A stretch of DNA of 64,000 nucleotides from Candidatus Micrarchaeota archaeon (GCA_021816895.1 JAKAWW010000001.1:493067-557066), one strand, 5' to 3'; shown: positions 1 to 9,547, counted from the first letter of the stretch. Numbers and translations: made by a program. Notes: a model not told the origin generated them from the sequence alone.

Positions 1-163
1 ATACCGAATTGCCATTCTTATACGTCCACGGTGTTTTTATAATAAGGGTCTCTCTCCTGTCATCATATCTTGCATACACAATGGGCACATCTATCTCTTT
101 GCGCACAACATGGCTGTCTGCTATGCTCTTCCACGTGGAATCTACGCTCCTCTCCATAGCCAT
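1..163 (-). CDS. hypothetical protein, N-terminal fragment running off the left edge
   Basis: Hand translation of the minus strand from the ATG (complement of 161-163) gives MAMERSVDSTWKSIADSHVVRKEIDVPIVYARYDDRRETLIIKTPWTYKNGNSV and is still open at position 1. No motif recognised. Confidence 0.25.
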   Translation of the reverse strand, partial: MAMERSVDSTWKSIADSHVVRKEIDVPIVYARYDDRRETLIIKTPWTYKNGNSV

Positions 164-202
164 AGTACCAATGATATATGACTGTCCATATATTTAAACG
201 CA

Positions 203-1159
203 GTGCCTTCAGGTACAAAAAGTTTAAAAATGTTTGCCGCTAAATATCAAATCGGTGGAACGGATACGGAAACCATAAATGTTGGATACCATGCTGTTAA
301 GCGCTACAACGCTGCAAGTAACTTAATCCGCACAGAAGCGTACAACATGCATGACATAGGTATAGAGCTTGAAAGAATGCTTAACTCTTTGAAGTACTTT
401 GATAGGCAGAGGCTTTTCCTTGAAAACGACGAAATGGTCAAAGCAGCAGAGCTTGGCATAATTGCATTCGGCATATCTTCAAGGCACCCGCTGACAAAGT
501 CGTATCAGATAGATATGAGGTATGAAGCAGAAGAGAGTTATGTGCTCACAGATATTGTTGGCTCCAGACACAGGACTATGAGATTCTATCCTGAAACAAT
601 ATTAGATAGCGTTCTAGTCAGTGCTGAAAAGATTCAGGCGCATGTCAGTAGCAATGAGCTTTTGCTACTGGGCATGTTCAAAAGCGGTGTTTTCCTATCT
701 GCAATCAGCAAGTTCTTTGAGCTAGGCGTCGATATGTACGATCCGGTAAACTTGTTCATTGTTGAATCATTTGCAGCTGCACTGACTGACATAGTGCACC
801 AGATGACAGGTGCATATGCCGATCTATACGGCATGCGCCAATTCAACCGCAGAGAAGTCAAAGACACAATTCGCAACGGCGATGTAGAAGATATTGCCAT
901 ATTATGGGCATTGAAAAGCGAGCTTGAGAGAGATGATGTTGATTCAGATATTGACAATGATTACCTCGTTGCCAGCAATCTGATATTCGGATACTTGTAT
1001 TTCATGATGGAATATGACAGGAGCAACAATACCGAACGGCTGTTTGACACCGCGCTTGAAATGATAAATTCCAAGTTATCCGCAGAGGATTTCATAAGCA
1101 GGTATAATATGCTTGGCGAGGAGTACGATATGTACTATGCTATAAGCATTCGCAAATAA
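203..1159 (+). CDS. hypothetical protein (318 aa ORFan)
   Basis: Long ORF with balanced soluble-protein composition. The antisense ORF 634-957 is Ser/Leu-rich. Start is uncertain (GTG at 203 or ATG at 230). No family recognised. Confidence 0.5.
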   Translation: MPSGTKSLKMFAAKYQIGGTDTETINVGYHAVKRYNAASNLIRTEAYNMHDIGIELERMLNSLKYFDRQRLFLENDEMVKAAELGIIAFGISSRHPLTKSYQIDMRYEAEESYVLTDIVGSRHRTMRFYPETILDSVLVSAEKIQAHVSSNELLLLGMFKSGVFLSAISKFFELGVDMYDPVNLFIVESFAAALTDIVHQMTGAYADLYGMRQFNRREVKDTIRNGDVEDIAILWALKSELERDDVDSDIDNDYLVASNLIFGYLYFMMEYDRSNNTERLFDTALEMINSKLSAEDFISRYNMLGEEYDMYYAISIRK

Positions 1160-1963
1160 TCAGAGGTGCGCCAGTTTTTTCGCTATGCCCAAGAATTCCT
1201 CTTTTATGCTTTCATCGTTTACTACAGGAACGGTGCCCCTGTCGCTAAAGTAGTTGAATTTTTCATTTTTCATTACGCTGCCAAGCACTTCGCATTCCAG
1301 CGCGCCGGACACCTCCATTTTGCCATTGCCACTGCCATCCGACATATTCTCTATTACGCCGAGGAGTGCTATCCCCAACCTCTTGGCCATCCTGCCTGAT
1401 CTTATGGCGTTCGTGCTTGCTATATGCTGCGGCGTAGTGACAAGAACGAAGCCGTCAAGGTCAAGGCTCTGCATTATGGAGAGCGGCGCATCGCTTGTGC
1501 CTGGAGGCAAATCAACTATCAGGTAATCGAGCTCTTCCCATTTCGTGTTTTGTAGGAATTCGTTTATCATCTTTGCTATCAGCGGCCCGCGCCATATAAC
1601 CGGCTTCTTTATGTCATCAATGAACATTGCGGTGGATATGACCTTCACGCCGTTTACATCTACGGGTTTTAGCGGATATGACTCGTCATATTTCTGGTCT
1701 ATGCCTAAAAACATTGTAATGTTAGGGCAGTCTATATCAGCATCAAGTAAGCCCACCTTGAAGCCGAGCATGTTCAGTGCATAAGCGAGATTCACAGATA
1801 CGGTTGTCTTGCCCACTCCGCCCTTCGCGCTGTATACGCCAATCTTGTGCTTAACTCCTTTCAGTGCCTCCTTGACGCGCCTTTTCTGCTCTAGCAATTG
1901 AAGCATTATCGGGTTCGTTATGTCCGCCCCTCCCTTGATAGAAGTTCCGCTACCTTCTGCCAT
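1160..1963 (-). CDS. Mrp/NBP35 (ApbC-type) Fe-S cluster carrier ATPase
   Basis: Deviant Walker A GVYSAKGGVGKTTVSVNLAYAL, then DADIDCPN and LIVDLPPGTSD, which are typical of the Mrp/MinD-family P-loop ATPases. Confidence 0.85.
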   Translation of the reverse strand: MAEGSGTSIKGGADITNPIMLQLLEQKRRVKEALKGVKHKIGVYSAKGGVGKTTVSVNLAYALNMLGFKVGLLDADIDCPNITMFLGIDQKYDESYPLKPVDVNGVKVISTAMFIDDIKKPVIWRGPLIAKMINEFLQNTKWEELDYLIVDLPPGTSDAPLSIMQSLDLDGFVLVTTPQHIASTNAIRSGRMAKRLGIALLGVIENMSDGSGNGKMEVSGALECEVLGSVMKNEKFNYFSDRGTVPVVNDESIKEEFLGIAKKLAHL

Positions 1964-2039
1964 GTCAAATCACTCAATATAAAGCGCTATATCATATTGG
2001 CACGTTAGCTTTATATATGTAAACTGCTTAACTCCGATT

Positions 2040-2480
2040 ATGATGTACAAAGCATTTTTGGTTTTCGCAATAGCAGCCATACTGCTGTCAAGCAGCTCAA
2101 GCGGCATAATCAGCGGCATAATAAGCTTTTTTGATAGCCTCTTCCATAGCAGCACCACATTGGCATTCAGCAGCTACCCATCGCACCTTACAGTCTATTT
2201 TAACAATCCAAGCCAGTTTATAATAGGGCTAAATGGCCGCACCGTTATAAACAGCACCAACACTACCGTACCAATGGACAACGGCCGCTATTCATTCGAC
2301 ATCGGCTCTGTTAGTGTTGCAAACAACGTCGCGCATACAAAGCTGTACATATACAACCTTTCAATAATTAATACAACTGCAATCATATCCGTTAAAAGCA
2401 ACGATTCGGTGCAGTACCTTAACATCGGCAATGGCACTTTCTCTATAGGAATGTCCGGGCAGCTGGTAAACCAGTCATAA
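2040..2480 (+). CDS. secreted or membrane-anchored hypothetical protein
   Basis: N-terminal hydrophobic segment MMYKAFLVFAIAAILLSSSSSG. Several N-x-S/T sequons. No family recognised. Confidence 0.4.
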   Translation: MMYKAFLVFAIAAILLSSSSSGIISGIISFFDSLFHSSTTLAFSSYPSHLTVYFNNPSQFIIGLNGRTVINSTNTTVPMDNGRYSFDIGSVSVANNVAHTKLYIYNLSIINTTAIISVKSNDSVQYLNIGNGTFSIGMSGQLVNQS

Positions 2481-2481
2481 C

Positions 2482-2949
2482 ATGGCGGGCATTTCAATGG
2501 AAGAATACTTTATATATACAGACGGCGCAGCACGCGGCAATCCAGGCGCAAGTGCATCTGGTTTCATCGTAATCAAGGGCGGCAGGGTAATAGCCAGGAA
2601 GGAAGTTTACAACGGAATAGCCACTAACAACTATGCGGAGTACAATGCAATAATAGAGGCGCTCAAGTGGTGCCTTGAAAACACAGATGCCGCTAACGCT
2701 AACTTACATGTGTCATCGGACAGCGAGCTCGTGGTGAGGCAGCTAACAGGCGCGTACAAGCTGAAATCAAAGGCGCTGATGCTGCCCAACAAAAAAGCGA
2801 GAGAGCTAGCCGGCAAGTTCAACAGCGTGAGCTTCAATAACGTGAGGAGGGAAGAGAAGCATGTGGCTGCCGTTGACAAAGCCATAAACGTGTTGCTTGA
2901 CAGCATTTCGAAAAAAACCATGGAAACAGGGAAAAAAGAAAAATATTAA
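2482..2949 (+). CDS. rnhA: ribonuclease HI
   Basis: YTDGAARGNPGASASGF, NNYAEYNAIIEALKW and SDSELVVRQLTGAYK match the RNase H type 1 DEDD-fold motifs. Confidence 0.8.
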   Translation: MAGISMEEYFIYTDGAARGNPGASASGFIVIKGGRVIARKEVYNGIATNNYAEYNAIIEALKWCLENTDAANANLHVSSDSELVVRQLTGAYKLKSKALMLPNKKARELAGKFNSVSFNNVRREEKHVAAVDKAINVLLDSISKKTMETGKKEKY

Positions 2950-2999
2950 ATATTGGCTAATAGTATACTATGTATTGCTTATAAAATGGTGGATGCTTA

Positions 3000-4514
3000 A
3001 TGGCCGATTCATCGCAGAACCCCGCAGAGCAGAAGACCGAGGTAAACCCAGAGGCCAAAGAGCACTGGAGGAAGGGAAACCAGCTTTTTGAAGAGAGCAA
3101 GTTCGCCGAATCAATAAGCGAATACAACGAGGCGCTAAAGATCAAGGATGACTATGCTGATGCGTATTTCAACAGGGCTCTTGCCGAGCGCGTAAACCAC
3201 AGCTATAATGAGGCAAAGAAAGACCTTGAGAGGGTCATGGAGCTGCAACCCAACAGCCCTGATGCCCCGCTGCTTATGGGAGACATAGCTGAATCAAATA
3301 ACGACTTTATAGGCGCAAGGTACTGGTATGAGAAGGCGCTCTCGGTTGACCCGAATTATAGCGAAGCGAAGAACAGGCTGGAGCACATAGACGCCCTGAT
3401 ACACTTTACCGAAGAACCGGCAGGCAAGGGCGGCCAAGTTGCCGCGCAAAAGATGAACGAAACGGTGGAAACAGCTGTAATAGAGGAAGGCCAGATAAAA
3501 AAGCTGCCTTTCTACAAGTCCAACATAAAGTTTGATTCTGTAATAGGCCTGAAGAAGGCGAAGCAGTACCTGAAAGACAACATAGTGCTTGCAATGCTTA
3601 GGCCAGACCTATTCAAGAAATATGGGAAGAAGATGGGTGTGGGCCTGCTTCTCTACGGACCGCCAGGAACGGGAAAAACACACATGGTTAACGCTGTTGC
3701 GGGCGAAGCAGGAGCCAACGTCATTATCGCTCAGATAAACCAGATTGTTGATATGTATACGGGCAACACGGAGAAGAACCTGCATGCAGTATTCGATCAG
3801 GCCAGGAAGAACACGCCGTGCATTGTCGCCTTTGACGAGGTCGATGCTATGGGTGTGAAAAGGTCAAGCGGCGGCGAAGGCGGCGAAAGCTCTGCGATGA
3901 GGCTTGCGGTAAACGCCTTCCTGAGCGAGATGAACGGCATAGAGAAGAATCCTGAGGGCATATATGTGATAGGCACGACGAACCAGCCGTGGGACATCGA
4001 TCCGGCGCTGAAGAGGAGCGGCAGGTTCGGTGACACCCTTTACATAGGCCCCCCAAATTACCACGACAGGAAAGAGCTGTTCAAGTTTTACGTGAGGAAC
4101 AAGCCGCACGGTCGGCTGAGCTATGGCAGGCTTGCAAGGGCCACGACTGGGTTCTCCCCTGCAGATATAGAGCATCTCGTTGAAAGAGCTGTAATGAGGC
4201 CACTTCTGCATGAGTACGAGACAAGCAAGGGCAGGCAACTCATCGACAAAGACATACTTGCAGTCTTCAAGGACAAGGATTTTGGCGGCAGCTCGCTTGA
4301 CGAATGGTACACAATGGTAAAGAAGGATGTGATAAGCAAGACAGAGACACAGATTGTCGACGGGAAGAAACAGGAAGTGGTCAAAGAGGGCAAGCTCGAA
4401 GCACAGGAAAAGGTTCTTTACAAGGCGATGATAAAGGACATTAAAAAGAACACGACCGGCTGGCGCATAACCATCAAGAAACTCACAAGATGGTGGGCGC
4501 TGCACATTGCATGA
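3000..4514 (+). CDS. TPR-repeat / AAA+ ATPase fusion protein
   Basis: N-terminal TPR-like repeats (WRKGNQLFEESKFAESISEYNEALKI, YFNRALA, ARYWYEKALSVDPNY). Followed by an AAA module with Walker A LLLYGPPGTGKTH, Walker B IVAFDEVD and a second region of homology TTNQPWDIDPALKRSGRF. Confidence 0.8.
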   Translation: MADSSQNPAEQKTEVNPEAKEHWRKGNQLFEESKFAESISEYNEALKIKDDYADAYFNRALAERVNHSYNEAKKDLERVMELQPNSPDAPLLMGDIAESNNDFIGARYWYEKALSVDPNYSEAKNRLEHIDALIHFTEEPAGKGGQVAAQKMNETVETAVIEEGQIKKLPFYKSNIKFDSVIGLKKAKQYLKDNIVLAMLRPDLFKKYGKKMGVGLLLYGPPGTGKTHMVNAVAGEAGANVIIAQINQIVDMYTGNTEKNLHAVFDQARKNTPCIVAFDEVDAMGVKRSSGGEGGESSAMRLAVNAFLSEMNGIEKNPEGIYVIGTTNQPWDIDPALKRSGRFGDTLYIGPPNYHDRKELFKFYVRNKPHGRLSYGRLARATTGFSPADIEHLVERAVMRPLLHEYETSKGRQLIDKDILAVFKDKDFGGSSLDEWYTMVKKDVISKTETQIVDGKKQEVVKEGKLEAQEKVLYKAMIKDIKKNTTGWRITIKKLTRWWALHIA

Positions 4515-4885
4515 TGCTTAATTTGTATGGTGTAGACGTGCAGCATAGCGCTTTGATCAAAAAACTTGGGGATTATGGCCTTACCGACTTTCAGAGGGCA
4601 GTGCTTATAGAAACTATGAAAATCCCAAAAGGGCAGACAATATCATACAAGGAGCTTGCCAGGCGCATAAATCACCCTAATGCTTACAGGGCAGTCGGCA
4701 CTGCCCTGAAGAAAAATCCTCTACCAGTAAAGATACCGTGCCACCGCGTAATAAGGTCAAACGGCAGCATAGGCAACTACTCGGGCGGAGGCACGCCCAA
4801 GAAGCTCGCGCTTCTGCTCAGCGAAGCCAAAGGCAAGCATTTGCAAAAGTTCAAATCGGAATTGAAGATATTAAACAAAAAATGA
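4511..4885 (+). CDS. ogt: methylated-DNA--protein-cysteine methyltransferase (short, C-terminal-domain type)
   Basis: Active-site motif IPCHRVIRSNGSIGNYSGG and an upstream ISYKELA helix. Start taken at the internal Met (MMLNL) that overlaps the stop of the upstream gene. Confidence 0.8.
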   Translation: MMLNLYGVDVQHSALIKKLGDYGLTDFQRAVLIETMKIPKGQTISYKELARRINHPNAYRAVGTALKKNPLPVKIPCHRVIRSNGSIGNYSGGGTPKKLALLLSEAKGKHLQKFKSELKILNKK

Positions 4886-5694
4886 GATTTATATACCTCG
4901 AGACCAATAATAATATCATGCCTAAATCACTATTAAAAGGCTTGCAAATTAGAGAGGAAAACAATGTTTCCGCTGTCTATGCAAGGCTGCTGCGCAATGT
5001 CGTATACCCTATAGTCCAGGATAGCCCAGAAACCTGCGGCAACACCTGCCTGCTTTCACTTGCACCCAGCGAAAAATACCTTGAAAAAGCTTACAAGGAT
5101 CTCATCATGGACAAGGACAAATGGCTTGTTTATGTAGACGGCAAGAAGACGGGCATGGATCCGTATACCCTTGCAAGCCTGGCCCGAACCTATTATAAAA
5201 GACTGCTAAGGTATTATTACAATGTCTCTGCTTATGTTGACAAAAGCGAGATAGAATCCATATATAACGGGAAAAACACGAGGAACGGAGTAATCCTGGA
5301 CGGCGAGGCGCTTAAAGAAGATGAGAAAAGGCTGCTCGATAGCGGGGTTGCGCTATTTAATAGAAAGCTGTCCCTGGATGAAATCTTCGAAAAGGTCGAA
5401 AATGGCGCTCATGTCATAATGCGCCTGCCTGGGCTTGTAGGCCATTGGGTTGTAATAGACGGCGGGCTGAATGTCGTATTTTCCGGCGCAGGCGGCAAAA
5501 AAATAGTGCCCGTGGTCATGGACCCTCTTGAGGGCAAATACATATACGATGAAAAAATCAACGATTACATTGCGCACATTGTACTTATGTTTGCCGGATT
5601 TGGCAGTAATGAAACCTTTACCGCCATAATAGCAGAGCCGCCAGTCCAAAAGAAGGTGACATACCTATTGCGCAAAGATTCTTATCCTGGCTGA
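4882..5694 (+). CDS. C39-like (papain-fold) cysteine peptidase domain protein
   Basis: QDSPETCGNTCLLSL places a Gln 6 residues before the Cys, GHWVVIDG supplies the His, and VVMDPLEG the Asp. Together these fit the peptidase C39 triad pattern. The ATG at 4882 overlaps the ogt stop (ATGA). The upstream part of ORF 4738-5694 is an out-of-frame overlap with ogt. Confidence 0.55.
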   Translation: MRFIYLETNNNIMPKSLLKGLQIREENNVSAVYARLLRNVVYPIVQDSPETCGNTCLLSLAPSEKYLEKAYKDLIMDKDKWLVYVDGKKTGMDPYTLASLARTYYKRLLRYYYNVSAYVDKSEIESIYNGKNTRNGVILDGEALKEDEKRLLDSGVALFNRKLSLDEIFEKVENGAHVIMRLPGLVGHWVVIDGGLNVVFSGAGGKKIVPVVMDPLEGKYIYDEKINDYIAHIVLMFAGFGSNETFTAIIAEPPVQKKVTYLLRKDSYPG

Positions 5695-5739
5695 TATCCA
5701 CTAGACCGCAGAAAGGGGCATTGCATGTTCGCTACGGCC

Positions 5740-7698
5740 CTATGCACTCCTGGAGTAGACATACCTTAGGCCGATGTCCTCTATTATGTCCAAAACGTCT
5801 ATCGATTTGTCAGTTGCGAGCTCAAGCCATTCATATATCTCCTTGTATTCTATCATCTTCTTTGCGCCCATCTTTGAAGCGTGCTCAAGCGCCTTCCTGA
5901 GCAGCAAGTCGGCGTCGTTTTCAAGCGAGCTTGCGCGCGCATGCACCTCTTCTATGCCGCTCATGCTGTTGCTGCTTTCTACGCTTGCCAGGGCCTTAAG
6001 GCCGGCGCTTACCTGCTCAGCGCACTTGCTTACGAGCACCGCCAATTCATGCATGTACCAATCTGGTTTCCTTATGCTGTAGATCAGTATCCTTGAAGCC
6101 ACAGCTTCCTCAATGTCCACTATGTCGTCTATCCTCTTAGCGAGGTGCGAGATGTCATCATATATGGAAGGGTTTATGCTTAGTGATGTTATGGACTCAA
6201 AAATGTTCTTCACGTTCATGTCTGCATTGTGCTCGTCGTTTTTTATCATTTCGAAAAGGCTCTCTGCGTCAATTGTGACGTTCGAGAGCGCCTGCTCAGA
6301 TATCTTTGCAGCGCTCTCGGCATGACCGGATAGTTCTGAAAGCTCATTTGACAGCGTGTCGGTGACAAGGTGAAGCTCAAACTCTCTTGATGTTATTTCA
6401 AGAGACTTGCGCTTTGTCTCGGGCAGCAATGCCAGCGTTTCAATGCTGCCTATCAATGCCACGCCGCCAAGAATCGCAAGCAGCGTGAATTTTCCCAGCG
6501 TCAATATTATTATTGGAAAGAGCAGCGCAGATATCGTGGCGCCCAGCTTGCCCATCGTGGCCGCAAAGCCATGCCCCCTTGTCCTGTATTCGGTCGGATA
6601 GAGCTCTACCGGGTAAACATAGGTGGTGGTGTTTGGGCCGTAGTTTGTAAAGAAAAACGACAATCCGTATATGGCGAAGAACATGACAGGTATTGCCTTT
6701 AGCATCTGGCTCCCAAAAGCGGCTATAGCGAGAAAGCACAATGCGACAAGGAAGAATCCTATTATTTGCATCGATCTCCTGCCCTGCCTGTCTATCAGTG
6801 CCACAGCAACCCAATAGCCGGGCACGGCAAATGCAAGGAGCAGCAAGGCAGAAGTCTCTATCGAGGAAAGTGTTCCTGTTATGCCTACGAGCGTGGCTAT
6901 GTATGGCGTGAATATCCCAGTGCCATAATATGTTACATCAACAAGGAACCACGAAAGCGCAGTGCCTACAAGCACGCTTGGCCTCTTTCGTGCAATCGAA
7001 TAAAAGCTTGCCTGCTTTTTTGCTGCCCTGCGCTTGACAAGCTCATTGTACCAGGGCGTTTCGTTCAGCTTCTTCCTTACGGGTATCGCTATTAAGGCTG
7101 GCACGGCTCCAAATGCAAGCAGAAGCCTCCATGCTAGCCCGTATGACACGCCACCGTAGAGTAAGCCAAGCGCAAGGAGTATGCCTGCCACAATGCCGAA
7201 GCCCTGCATTGCAAAGGTCGATGCAACAAGAGCGCCGCGATTTGACTTGTTGGAATATTCGGCTACTATCGTAGAGCTTAATGGATAATCGCCGCCAATA
7301 GCTATGCCTAGCAGTAGCCTCCACAAAATGAGCTCGATAAGGCTTCCGGAAAGCGCCGAGCCTACCGCAGCAATTGCAAGAATGGACACTGTTATCCAAT
7401 AAAGCCTTCTCCTTCCAAACTTGTCCCCGAAGTAGCCGAACACCATTGGTCCAATTACGGCACCAAAAAGAGCAGAGCTGGCAAGCATTCCAAGAGTAAG
7501 CGGATTTGTTGCAAAAACGCCTTTGATAAGTATAAGTATGACGCCTATTATAAAGAGATCATACGCGTCAGTAAAGAAGCTTATGCCCGATATAAGCATT
7601 ATCTTTATGTGGTGGCTGCTGAGCTTCTCCTCTTCCAAATCAGCAATAGTTGATCCCACAGAAAACCCCTTAATACACTTGTGTATGCTAGCTAGCAA
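5740..7698 (-). CDS. MFS transporter fused to a C-terminal DUF47/PhoU-like domain
   Basis: The N-terminal ~450 aa has 12-TMS MFS character (DAYDLFIIGV, GDKFGRRRLYW). The C-terminal ~200 aa is soluble and helical with repeated E-x-x-A-D type motifs (DEHNADMNVKN, ENDADLLLRKALE) as in DUF47/PhoU_div proteins. Confidence 0.75.
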   Translation of the reverse strand: MLASIHKCIKGFSVGSTIADLEEEKLSSHHIKIMLISGISFFTDAYDLFIIGVILILIKGVFATNPLTLGMLASSALFGAVIGPMVFGYFGDKFGRRRLYWITVSILAIAAVGSALSGSLIELILWRLLLGIAIGGDYPLSSTIVAEYSNKSNRGALVASTFAMQGFGIVAGILLALGLLYGGVSYGLAWRLLLAFGAVPALIAIPVRKKLNETPWYNELVKRRAAKKQASFYSIARKRPSVLVGTALSWFLVDVTYYGTGIFTPYIATLVGITGTLSSIETSALLLLAFAVPGYWVAVALIDRQGRRSMQIIGFFLVALCFLAIAAFGSQMLKAIPVMFFAIYGLSFFFTNYGPNTTTYVYPVELYPTEYRTRGHGFAATMGKLGATISALLFPIIILTLGKFTLLAILGGVALIGSIETLALLPETKRKSLEITSREFELHLVTDTLSNELSELSGHAESAAKISEQALSNVTIDAESLFEMIKNDEHNADMNVKNIFESITSLSINPSIYDDISHLAKRIDDIVDIEEAVASRILIYSIRKPDWYMHELAVLVSKCAEQVSAGLKALASVESSNSMSGIEEVHARASSLENDADLLLRKALEHASKMGAKKMIEYKEIYEWLELATDKSIDVLDIIEDIGLRYVYSRSA

Positions 7699-7728
7699 AA
7701 TAAATATCTTCCTGCGCCTTAACGCGCC

Positions 7729-8076
7729 TCATGCAATCTTATATACGTTGCTTCCTTCCTTAACAGGGCACCTTACGAGTATGCCTACAGATTCTCCAGC
7801 TTCGGCAGTGCTTACGTCCTTCCTTTCGATCTGCATGCTCTGTATTCGCTGCCTTATGGCTTCCTCCCTGTCCCCTATCTCTATTATGTCGCCTACGCTT
7901 ATGCCCGATTCAAGCTTAATTGCCGCCACGCCAAGCTTTGAGAAGTACCTTTCAACCGTGCCGACAGGCTCCCTGCTTGGTTCGCTGTCTAAACGGTTGG
8001 CATTTCGTGCCATCCGCTGCTCCTTCTCTTCCTGCGCCTTTATCAGGCTGTCAAGGTCATAGTTTTTCTTTTTCAT
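7729..8076 (-). CDS. small protein with a translation-factor domain-2-like beta-barrel
   Basis: VGTVERYFSKLGVAAIKLESGISVGDIIEIG...AEAGESVGILV resembles the EF-Tu/IF2 domain 2 pattern. Start is uncertain (8076 or 8100). Confidence 0.4.
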   Translation of the reverse strand: MKKKNYDLDSLIKAQEEKEQRMARNANRLDSEPSREPVGTVERYFSKLGVAAIKLESGISVGDIIEIGDREEAIRQRIQSMQIERKDVSTAEAGESVGILVRCPVKEGSNVYKIA

Positions 8077-8407
8077 CCCATACCCCTTTTGCTTTATCAT
8101 CTACTATCGGTAATATCATTCGCATAGGTAAATTACCTATCTTCCTTGGGAGAATGCGCTGCATTTCACCACTAGGTGGAACAACATAAATTTCATCCTG
8201 AATTCCTATGATTGTTTGCCCACCTGAAAGGCTTGAAGGCTGCAATTTCTCCAGTTCTTTAAAATTTTTTAAAGCAGCCTGTTTAGCCAATTCGTATGTC
8301 TTGAATGAGCCTATGCTATACCAGCTGTCATCTAATCGGTCATAGCCCACTACCTGAAAAACGATCCTCTCTACCTTTGCAGTTTTTGTTACCACATAAC
8401 CACCCAA
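8057..8407 (-). CDS. hypothetical protein
   Basis: 116-aa ORF co-directional with its neighbours. No motif recognised. Confidence 0.35.
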   Translation of the reverse strand: MGGYVVTKTAKVERIVFQVVGYDRLDDSWYSIGSFKTYELAKQAALKNFKELEKLQPSSLSGGQTIIGIQDEIYVVPPSGEMQRILPRKIGNLPMRMILPIVDDKAKGVWDEKEKL

Positions 8408-8629
8408 TATTTTATTATCAGGATGCCAAGCTTTATATATCTTTTATCAATGGGCAGAACAAGGAATATTTGCCAGAAAAGACCGCGCTTACGCTACCCG
8501 TTATGTGTACAGAATAGTGCGCTCTGCAGCGCACTACCCTACCTTAGCAGGATCCGGATACCATAGCCACAAATAAAAAAGCGAAATATAGCAAAATCAG
8601 GTAGTCTAGATTCTATAGCTCATATCGGA

Positions 8630-8821
8630 TTAGAGTTTTCTTACGTTCTTTGCCCTTGGCCCGCGGTCTCCAGCTTCGACTTCGTATTCTACACTGTCTC
8701 CTACTGCCAATGTGGCTCCGTCAAGGATTGCTGTGCTGTGCACATACACATCTTTGCCGTCATCTCCTGTGATGAATCCGAAACCCCTTGCGGAGTTGAA
8801 CATTTTCACTTTTCCTTTCAT
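8630..8821 (-). CDS. csp: cold-shock domain protein (CspA family)
   Basis: 63 aa. KGKVKMFNSARGFGFITGDDGKDVYVHSTAI contains the RNP1 (GFGFI) and RNP2 (VYVH) motifs. Confidence 0.9.
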   Translation of the reverse strand: MKGKVKMFNSARGFGFITGDDGKDVYVHSTAILDGATLAVGDSVEYEVEAGDRGPRAKNVRKL

Positions 8822-8968
8822 TTTATCACGTTAATATATGAATTTAATAGATATTTATAGATATGCATCTGGGTTTCTTTAGGGCATATTGGGGAAAAGT
8901 ACCGCTGCTTAAATGCTCTTTGCATTCTGGCATAAAGCCAAAAAATTGCATGGACAAAATGCAGGAAG

Positions 8969-9547
8969 CTATTTGCCTGTGAAGAGATGGTCAAGCTTTC
9001 TTAAAAGCTTGTAAATGTTGCTGTCGATGCTCCACGAATCTCCTATCTTGTCTTCACGAATAAGGTCAAATATCTCTTTTAATATTTCAAGTTCCTCGCT
9101 TGTCAAAGGCCGCGTTTTCCCTGTTTCCTTATCTGTCACGCTTCCCTCAATTAATATTTTACCATATTCATCGTCTAGCATATTTAAGCCTTGGCGTTCT
9201 GTCCTGGGGAGTAGTACCTTCTTTTCACCAAAAAGCATATTTCTCAGGCTTATAAGTCCAGCAACTTCATCATTCGTTGGCTTCCGGCTGACCTTTGTGC
9301 TTTCCCTGTACATCAGGGTTATCCCTCTTATCTCGCTCTTGGCCTTTGAGGTGCTGAACTCTACCTCTATGTGTGTTACGCCTGCCCCGAACATCTTTTC
9401 AAGCATCTCCGCTACGGTAGCAAACATGTGATTATCTTCCATCTTGTTCTCAATTTCCGAGTTTCGTTTTGACAGGATTGCCAGCCTCGAATCAAGGGCT
9501 ATTGACAGATACTCCTTCCACGCACCTTTTTTTGCATCTACCTCCAT
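8969..9547 (-). CDS. hypothetical protein
   Basis: 192-aa ORF rich in charged residues. The antisense ORF 9015-9431 is Ser/Leu-rich and was rejected. No family recognised. Confidence 0.5.
   Translation of the reverse strand: MEVDAKKGAWKEYLSIALDSRLAILSKRNSEIENKMEDNHMFATVAEMLEKMFGAGVTHIEVEFSTSKAKSEIRGITLMYRESTKVSRKPTNDEVAGLISLRNMLFGEKKVLLPRTERQGLNMLDDEYGKILIEGSVTDKETGKTRPLTSEELEILKEIFDLIREDKIGDSWSIDSNIYKLLRKLDHLFTGK

Noticed and set aside
3864-4505. 213-aa minus-strand ORF
   Set aside because: Antisense to the TPR-AAA ATPase gene, which has clear Walker motifs. No motifs of its own.
4738-4881. N-terminal 48 codons of ORF 4738-5694
   Set aside because: An Arg/Gln-rich out-of-frame overlap with the ogt coding sequence. 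The ATG at 4882 coupled to the ogt stop is the sensible start.
8516-8536. Hairpin agtgcgc-tctgca-gcgcact, as a possible small RNA or terminator downstream of csp
   Set aside because: An isolated 7-bp stem about 100 nt past the csp stop with no T-tract. Not enough to call a feature.
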